DNA of 32,000 nt from Caldivirga maquilingensis IC-167 (GTDB lineage: Archaea; Thermoproteota; Thermoprotei; Thermoproteales; Thermocladiaceae): the NCBI RefSeq assembly GCF_000018305.1, contig NC_009954.1, positions 1,530,001 to 1,562,000 on the forward strand, given 5' to 3'. The position numbers were made by a program, and so were the translations under genes. The notes under the pieces are model-generated. The model did not search any database. It was not told the origin of the DNA and saw nothing but the letters and a program-made list of their open reading frames with translations. Every line of letters starts with the position of its first letter. Within the stretch, counting starts at the first letter, position 1. Shown here piece by piece: positions 26,615 through 32,000 of this stretch.

Positions 26615-27751
26615 TCATGTTTTCCACCTACCCCTCAGGTATAATGCTGCCCCAATTAATAGGCCTAATATTAGGCTGAGCACACCCTCGTAAAGTAGGT
26701 AGCCCCTTGACACTGATAGTACACTGTAGTCACCGTAGGCGAATAGGCCTAGGGTGATTGCACCCAAGCCCCTTACTAGCACTGACTTAAAATACCTGAA
26801 AACTGAGGTGAATGATACGAATAGGCTAAGGTAGAGGAGTGTTAATGATGGTACTATGAGTGTCGTGTAGAATGCACCGTAGTTAATGTTACCCACAGCT
26901 ATTAGCACCATGGATGCTGGGATAAGTATCCTCAGTAATGAACCCCTCCTCAATGAGGTTAATAGGTTCTTAATCATGAGGAATTCAGCCAATATGAGTC
27001 CAAGATTACCCACCGCTGACGCATAGGCTCCGAGTAAAGCCGGCTTTAGGAAGGAGCCGTATAGTAATGCTGCACCACCAATTATCATTGAGTATATTAT
27101 GAACCTTGAGTAACCCCCCTCACCCCTAATGAATGTTGATAACGTTATGCAAACCACCAGTAGTGATGATGATAAAATGTTAGTGAATAAATCAGGCACA
27201 GGCGGGGTAATGCCCTGAGTCACCCTCCACCCAATGGGCAGTATTATTAATAGTAGTTGGAGTAGGGCTATTACCGGGAAGAGGTAGTAGGGGTTGGTTA
27301 ATAATGCCGCAACCACAATGACACCAATCATAATGGATAAGGCCACTGCTACTGCACCATCAAGGTTAAGGACGTAGTAGGGTATGTATACTGCAGTGTA
27401 TATTACGTAAAGGTAGTAGCTTATTAACCAACTCACTAGGAATACGTACCCAAGTAACTCATGGGTACTCCTACTGTAGCCGTAGAGACCCTGGTAATCC
27501 CACTTAACGTTGACAAGCAGGTAGGTTAAGTAGGCTATTATGAAGCCGAGGACTATTGATGGTAAAGCCACGTACAGTGATAAGTGGGTATTAGCGAGAA
27601 CAGCCGGTGCTATTGTTGATAATATTAACGTAAACGTGAAGAAACCCCTCCTCACGTTGGGAGACTGATTCATTAGGTAAATAAGCATTTCCACACAATC
27701 ACTAATGCTGATTAATTTTGAGTAAATTCTGAAAAACGTATTTAAGAACAA
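26615..27751 (-). CDS. polytopic membrane protein (ten or more hydrophobic segments), function unknown
   Basis: Long hydrophobic ORF. More plausible starts are M22 (27688) or M27 (27673, MNQSPNVRRGFFTF..), which would leave room for the divergent promoter. Confidence 0.55.
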   Translation of the reverse strand: MFLNTFFRIYSKLISISDCVEMLIYLMNQSPNVRRGFFTFTLILSTIAPAVLANTHLSLYVALPSIVLGFIIAYLTYLLVNVKWDYQGLYGYSRSTHELLGYVFLVSWLISYYLYVIYTAVYIPYYVLNLDGAVAVALSIMIGVIVVAALLTNPYYLFPVIALLQLLLIILPIGWRVTQGITPPVPDLFTNILSSSLLVVCITLSTFIRGEGGYSRFIIYSMIIGGAALLYGSFLKPALLGAYASAVGNLGLILAEFLMIKNLLTSLRRGSLLRILIPASMVLIAVGNINYGAFYTTLIVPSLTLLYLSLFVSFTSVFRYFKSVLVRGLGAITLGLFAYGDYSVLSVSRGYLLYEGVLSLILGLLIGAALYLRGRWKT

Positions 27752-27769
27752 TACTAGTAATGATTAATC

Positions 27770-28582
27770 ATGAGCATGGATAGGAGGAAATTCCTAGCAT
27801 TACTATTAGGCACAGGGGCCACTGCATTAGCCGCTGGTTCACTGCAAAGGATTCTAAGCAATAGTAGCCCAGTGGCCAGTAGGATTGAGGAGGTTGTGGG
27901 TAATGCAACCACCAGTGGTAATACAACAACCATTACAGCACCCTCAACCTCCCACATCTCTGCAATTAAGAAATTCCCCACCAAGCCACCTGCCAATGCA
28001 ACCAGCACCACTGCCACTAACTCCACCACACCGGTGATTAATCCAAGTGAGTTAACGCCGTTGGATGAGTGGTATATTGTTCAAATAGGCCCAACACAAT
28101 ACTTGAATATAAACAACTACGTATTAACAGTGGATGGTTTAGTGGAGAATCCCCTCCAGTTAACCTACAGTGATTTATTGAAAATGCCCTCTAAAACAAT
28201 ACTGGACACTATACAATGCGTCTCAGACTCCTACTTCCTAAAGGCCACAGTGGAGTGGACTGGCGTACCCCTTAAGTACATTCTCAACGAGGCTGGTGTT
28301 AAGGAGGGTGCAGTGAAGGTTATCTCATATGCAGCCGACGGCTACACCAGTGATTTACCGTTATGGAAGGCCATGGAGGACGACACCCTGGTGGCCTATA
28401 TGGCTGATGAGCAACCACTACTCCACTCCCACGGCTACCCAGTGAGGCTTGTGGTACCCAGGTGGTGGGGTTATAAGTACACTAAGTGGCTTATTAAGTT
28501 AACGGTAACCAATGAGAACTACCTAGGTTACTGGGAGTCTGATGGCTACCCTGATATCGCCAGGAAGAGTAACGGTGCTTAA
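27770..28582 (+). CDS. Tat-exported molybdopterin-dependent oxidoreductase (sulfite-oxidase fold, YedY/MsrP-like)
   Basis: Twin-arginine signal MSMDRRKFLALLLGTGATALAAGS. Next comes an Asn/Thr/Ser-rich linker, then LTVDGLVENPLQLTYSDLLKMP..IQCVSD..WTGVPLKYIL..HGYPVRLVVPRWWGYKYTKWL (Mo-cofactor-binding domain pattern). A TATA-like tatttaag at 27739-27746 sits 24-31 nt upstream of the ATG. Confidence 0.75.
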   Translation: MSMDRRKFLALLLGTGATALAAGSLQRILSNSSPVASRIEEVVGNATTSGNTTTITAPSTSHISAIKKFPTKPPANATSTTATNSTTPVINPSELTPLDEWYIVQIGPTQYLNINNYVLTVDGLVENPLQLTYSDLLKMPSKTILDTIQCVSDSYFLKATVEWTGVPLKYILNEAGVKEGAVKVISYAADGYTSDLPLWKAMEDDTLVAYMADEQPLLHSHGYPVRLVVPRWWGYKYTKWLIKLTVTNENYLGYWESDGYPDIARKSNGA

Positions 28583-28584
28583 TC

Positions 28585-29082
28585 ATGCGGCTTCACCTAA
28601 AGCCGGAGTTAATTGAGTACTCACTATTCTACCTAGGGGTTTCATCATCAACAATAGCCCTATACCTTAAGAATACACCATTAGGCATCCTTGGATTAGC
28701 CATTATGGCCTACCCAATCCTTGGAATGAGCCTAAGCAAAACAATATACTCACCTGACTTCCAAAGGAAGACGGCATGGGTATTATTGGCTTTATCACTA
28801 ATGGAGGCCTTAACAGGATTCGGGGCTGGGCCAACCACAGCCAGCATTGTGTATTACGCAACATTCGGGTTATTGAATAGGGGCTTATCACTTCAATTAC
28901 ACATAATCCTAATAGCACCCCTAGCCTTCTTCTTCATACTCCACATAGCCAGCGGCATAGGTATGGCATTAATTAGGAGGAGGATAACATGGCAACCACT
29001 CTACAACTACGTAATACCAGCCGTATTAATACTAGCCTTCTCAGCAGTCATGTACATGTACAGTGAATTAATCATACCATAA
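28585..29082 (+). CDS. membrane partner of the Mo-oxidoreductase (possible haem-b subunit)
   Basis: It starts 2 nt after the preceding stop and has four to five TM segments. One helix, LHIILIAPLAFFFILHIASG, carries two His 14 residues apart. Haem ligation is inference only. Confidence 0.45.
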   Translation: MRLHLKPELIEYSLFYLGVSSSTIALYLKNTPLGILGLAIMAYPILGMSLSKTIYSPDFQRKTAWVLLALSLMEALTGFGAGPTTASIVYYATFGLLNRGLSLQLHIILIAPLAFFFILHIASGIGMALIRRRITWQPLYNYVIPAVLILAFSAVMYMYSELIIP

Positions 29083-29365
29083 CAACCCCCTATTACCTAA
29101 ATGAAGCAGAATTCCACCTTAAATGCAATCAACCATGGTACTCCGGCTACTTACTCGGCGCAATTCAATTAATGAACACACCCTATTAATACAGCCACTG
29201 AAGTTAACAATGGCTTCAAACAATGATGAAGCTTAAATTCAATCACATTACAGATTAAAAGATAACGCCTACAGAACATCCCCACCCAGTGAGGCCTCAA
29301 ACGAATTAAAAGGGTAAAAATTGAATTAAAGGAAAGATACCCTTATAAATCCATAAAATGGTTGA

Positions 29366-29431
29366 GGGAGCTTTAGATGAAGGCTTCACCGTCTGATTCC
29401 ATGATGGATACCAGGCTGCTCTGAGGCTCCC
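29366..29431 (+). ncRNA. C/D-box sRNA candidate (2'-O-methylation guide)
   Basis: GGGAGC-ttt-AGATGA(C)-aggcttcaccgt(12 nt)-CTGA(D')-ttcc-ATGATGG(C')-ataccaggctgct(13 nt)-CTGA(D)-g-GCTCCC. A 6-bp terminal stem (GGGAGC/GCTCCC) encloses the boxes. ttataaat at 29343-29350 lies just upstream, and a T-tract terminator-like region lies downstream. The C and C' boxes each deviate from RUGAUGA. Confidence 0.6.
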
Positions 29432-29452
29432 CCGCCCACCACCTTACCAGTT

Positions 29453-29494
29453 CCCCTAGTCTTCTTTATTGCTTTATCATGTTAGGGGTTTTTT
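29453..29494 (+). terminator. hairpin plus T6 tract, a possible transcription stop
   Basis: CCCCTA (29453-29458) pairs with TAGGGG (29483-29488) and is followed directly by tttttt (29489-29494) and further T-runs. Confidence 0.3.
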
Positions 29495-30232
29495 AAATTT
29501 TATTTTAAGTTTTAGGAATCAATATTTTTAATTCCTCGCATAATACTGGGTACACTATAGCTGGCCTCCTTCCCGTATGGGTTGGGTCGTCTATGGGGAA
29601 GTGCATAGGCATGTAATGCCAAACCCTTGGATTGAAGAATATTTTAAACTTAAAGTAAAATGTTACTTGGCTTAGGTAGTTAAGGTGGTGGAGTGAATGG
29701 TGGCTGAGGCTTTAAGGTAATCAATGGCCTCCATAGCCTTGTAACAGCACCTATGAATGGCCTAATCACCTTTACCCAAAGCGCATAGAGTATTATGGCT
29801 GTTGCAACCACGGGTAGTATTTATTCCCAATTAATGCAATGAAGACAAGCATTGGTAAATCAGCGTGCAGGAAATTACACTGAACTCAGTATAATAAACC
29901 ACTGTTATTGAGCATTCCGATAACGTGGTTAACTAAAGCTGAAACCACACCATTTGGGCCTTCCAAAGTCAAGGTAAGGGTATTGAAGGCAAGCAGTCCC
30001 CTAGTTGCAACACATCTTCTACATCTACAGTATCCACTGATATATGCGTCACCATGAAGGTGAATGCGTCAATCTGTGGATATAAAAATGGTTGGCCTCC
30101 CCCTTTACTGGTTAATTTCACGAAGACGCAATTAGCCATATGATGTAATAATTCGCGTAAATTTTGCTTAAAAGGCTACGGAATAATTCACTCATCATGG
30201 AGCAGTGTATAGTGGAATTGAATGAAGATCAG

Positions 30233-30255
30233 TGAACCCGGTGGGATTTGAATCC
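30233..30255 (-). other. tRNA 3'-end fragment (T-loop, 3' T-stem, 3' acceptor strand, discriminator); possible att-site relic
   Basis: The minus strand reads GGATTCAAATCCCACCGGGTTCA, which parses as ..GGA-TTCAAAT-CCCAC-CGGGTTC-A. No matching 5' acceptor strand (GAACCCG), D-arm or anticodon arm occurs in the approximately 145 nt upstream. Confidence 0.4.
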
Positions 30256-30267
30256 ATGATCTACGGC

Positions 30268-30630
30268 TTAAACTATTGTTATTTGAAAACCTTGACTCAC
30301 TAAGTCTGTTAAGGCGTAGTGGTGTTCCTCATCACCTATTAACCTAATGCTCCTAGGCAACTTATCCCTCACGTTTAAGTGGGGTGGTGATGCGCAGTAT
30401 CCACATGCACCCAGTATCACGTTCTCCATTAAAGCCCTCTCGTAGGCTGGCCTTAACCCCTTATAAGGGCTTTCAGTAACAGGTATCTTAACCCCTGGCC
30501 CATCAAGGTAAACGTAAACATCATTACCAGCCTTCTTAAGCTCCACAGCATAATGAAATGCATGAGCCGCCCTTATTGAATCCACTAGGTTTGATGGATC
30601 ACCCATCACTATGAACAGTATCTTAGCCAT
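30268..30630 (-). CDS. DsrE/DsrF-like sulfur-relay family protein
   Basis: KILFIVMGDP..AHAFHYAVELKKAGNDVYVYLDGPGV and the Cys-containing ILGACGYCASP fit the DsrE-like pattern. 120 aa. Confidence 0.5.
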   Translation of the reverse strand: MAKILFIVMGDPSNLVDSIRAAHAFHYAVELKKAGNDVYVYLDGPGVKIPVTESPYKGLRPAYERALMENVILGACGYCASPPHLNVRDKLPRSIRLIGDEEHHYALTDLVSQGFQITIV

Positions 30631-30929
30631 ACATGAGCCAAGGCTTAATGATTATTTAAGACTTTTCCACCTATTCAAGTTGCATTAACATAGTTAAGAT
30701 ACCTTAGCCAGTAATAGGCTTACCCAGGTACTTCATTAACAGTAATTAGGGGTAGGATTAGCATGTAGAGAGAGTACTCTCCAGATCATTTACCTCAACT
30801 ACTGGGGTTATTAGTGTTTGAGCATTTTCATACGGGTTTCCATGCTGGTTTCAGCTGTTGGAAACCGGGAATGTTAAGGTTACACCGAGGATTTTTAAGG
30901 CATTATACCGTAAACCCGCTCGACCAAGT

Positions 30930-31790
30930 ATGAACAGGAAAACCTGGTTAATAGTGGGTGTAGTAACCGTGTTGGTTACAGTGGGTGCACTGGTTCTGGC
31001 TGCCAACGCATACTACTATTACTACTACAGTAACTACTATGGTGGAGTACCGTACTCCGGCCCCTGGGGTATGATGAGTTGGATGTGGGGTTACTGGAGT
31101 GGGTACGTGCATCCAGTGGGCATTAATGCACCTGGTTACGTAAACCCAACGACGGGTTACGCATCGTTCACAATACCCATTAGTAAGGCTGTTAACTTAT
31201 CCATGAGTACCCCAAGTTACGTCCACGTATATAGGAGTAATAACACCATCGTGTTCACCAGTAGTGACATAACACTGGTGGCTTTAGCCATGATGGGTGA
31301 TGACGCCGTTAACATGACTGGTATGCCGCTGCCTGGTTATGCCCACGGTGACGTCTTCGTGATATACGGTCTCATAAACCCAACACTGGTGATACCGCAG
31401 GGTGCTGTTGTTCACGTAATAGTCATTAACCTTGATGACGACATGTACCACAACCTAATAGTAACCGCAGTACCACCACCGTACCCGTATAACGTGATGC
31501 CTTACGTGGGCATGTATGGTGGCTACATGGGCCCAGGCATGATGACCATGATGCAGTGGCTACCGCCAGCTAACTATAATGCTGGCTACGCCTACGGTTA
31601 CGAATACACCATAACCCTCAATGCCCCAGGCACATACTGGTACCTATGCACCTACCCTGGCCACGCACAGGATGGAATGTACGGTGAAGTAATAGTGACT
31701 GGTGATGCTGGTTACCAGGGTTCAGTGAATAGTAATGTTAACGCGTACTACGGGTACCCTGGTATGGGTCCTGGTATGATGGGGTGGTGA
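30930..31790 (+). CDS. type-1 (blue) copper protein, sulfocyanin-like, membrane-anchored, with Tyr/Gly/Met-rich low-complexity segments
   Basis: Copper ligand pattern: DMYHNL (His), then YWYLCTYPGHAQDGMYGEVIV (Cys-x4-His-x4-Met). N-terminal anchor WLIVGVVTVLVTVGALVLAA. The ATG at 30930 is preferred over the TTG at 30858. Confidence 0.65.
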   Translation: MNRKTWLIVGVVTVLVTVGALVLAANAYYYYYYSNYYGGVPYSGPWGMMSWMWGYWSGYVHPVGINAPGYVNPTTGYASFTIPISKAVNLSMSTPSYVHVYRSNNTIVFTSSDITLVALAMMGDDAVNMTGMPLPGYAHGDVFVIYGLINPTLVIPQGAVVHVIVINLDDDMYHNLIVTAVPPPYPYNVMPYVGMYGGYMGPGMMTMMQWLPPANYNAGYAYGYEYTITLNAPGTYWYLCTYPGHAQDGMYGEVIVTGDAGYQGSVNSNVNAYYGYPGMGPGMMGW

Positions 31791-31792
31791 GT

Positions 31793-32000
31793 ATGCCGTT
31801 CGGTTGCCCATGCATGTGGTGGGGTTGGGGTCCATGGTACATGGGTTGGGGATTCGGGTTCGGTTGGATAATTGGTGCACTACTATTCATACTATTCCTA
31901 ATACTCATAGTGTTAGCCATAGTGTGGATAATTAGGGTAATACTGCGTGGATCAAGTGGACATAATGGGGATAATGGCCACCAGCATAGCAGCCAGCATG
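31793..32000 (+). CDS. small Trp/Gly-rich membrane protein with a CPC motif and a His-rich tail (partial, runs off the window)
   Basis: Not in the supplied track because no stop lies inside the window. The ATG is 2 nt after the copper-protein stop. Translation: MPFGCPCMWWGWGPWYMGWGFGFGWIIGALLFILFLILIVLAIVWIIRVILRGSSGHNGDNGHQHSSQH.. Confidence 0.45.
   Translation, partial: MPFGCPCMWWGWGPWYMGWGFGFGWIIGALLFILFLILIVLAIVWIIRVILRGSSGHNGDNGHQHSSQH

Noticed and set aside
29221-29290. A good C-box (aaTGATGA at about 29223-29229), plus ACAGAAC at about 29271-29277 resembling the start of the RNase P CR-V motif.
   Set aside because: No CTGA D box follows at an appropriate distance and there is no terminal stem. 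No GAGGAAAGUCC-like CR-I or GGCUUA continuation exists anywhere nearby, so neither a C/D sRNA nor an RNase P RNA is supported.
30190-30400. A complete (possibly intron-containing) tRNA gene around the TTCAAATCCCACCGGGTTCA motif.
   Set aside because: The 5' T-stem strand is mismatched (ATGGA against CCCAC). No GAACCCG 5' acceptor strand, D-arm or anticodon arm can be found upstream, and that upstream sequence is the 3' end of the DsrE-like CDS. Only a 3' fragment is supportable.
30760-30860. The palindrome GAGAGTACTCTC (about 30769-30780) and the inverted repeat GGTTTCC..GGAAACC (about 30834-30866) upstream of the copper-protein gene, considered as possible operators.
   Set aside because: They are short, single-copy, and more than 60 nt from the preferred ATG at 30930. 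Without conservation data they cannot be distinguished from chance.
1-32000. A scan for CRISPR arrays, rRNA genes, intact IS elements or integrases.
   Set aside because: No regularly spaced direct repeats, no rRNA-like conserved blocks, and no full-length transposase or integrase ORF were seen. Only the TnpB fragment at 8378-8583 was found.

Overview
This window looks archaeal, most likely crenarchaeal (Thermoproteales/Sulfolobales-like). That is an inference from several features: TATA-like boxes about 25 nt upstream of many ATGs (leaderless style), a C/D-box sRNA candidate, a sulfocyanin-type copper protein, DUF1616-like membrane proteins, and Thr/Ser/Asn-rich linkers. No homology search could be run, so all family calls rest on motifs read in the translations. 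Positions 1-24926 form one large surface-glycan/polysaccharide biosynthesis island. It holds six GT4 glycosyltransferases (two disrupted), three GT2 enzymes plus a GT2 fossil, three FkbM-type methyltransferases and a NodB-type deacetylase. It also holds two extended-SDR epimerase/dehydratases, a sugar-1-phosphate nucleotidylyltransferase, RmlC and two Wzx-like flippases. The left arm of the island is heavily eroded. It carries multiple frameshifted genes, a PIN-domain remnant, an IS200/IS605 TnpB remnant, and a 0.5-kb patchwork of gene-end fragments copied from elsewhere in the window. Next to that debris sits an intact two-gene module (thymidylate-kinase-like P-loop protein plus pol-beta-type nucleotidyltransferase) of unclear role. 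Positions 24927-32000 hold unrelated genes: a coiled-coil/nuclease-fold protein with in-frame 27-bp repeats, several small membrane proteins, and a Tat-exported molybdopterin oxidoreductase with a membrane partner. This right part also contains a 1.2-kb ORF-poor stretch with a well-formed C/D-box sRNA candidate and a tRNA 3'-end fragment, a DsrE-like protein, and a sulfocyanin-like blue copper protein. The copper protein is coupled to a small CPC/His-rich membrane protein that runs off the window. No rRNA, complete tRNA or CRISPR array was seen.
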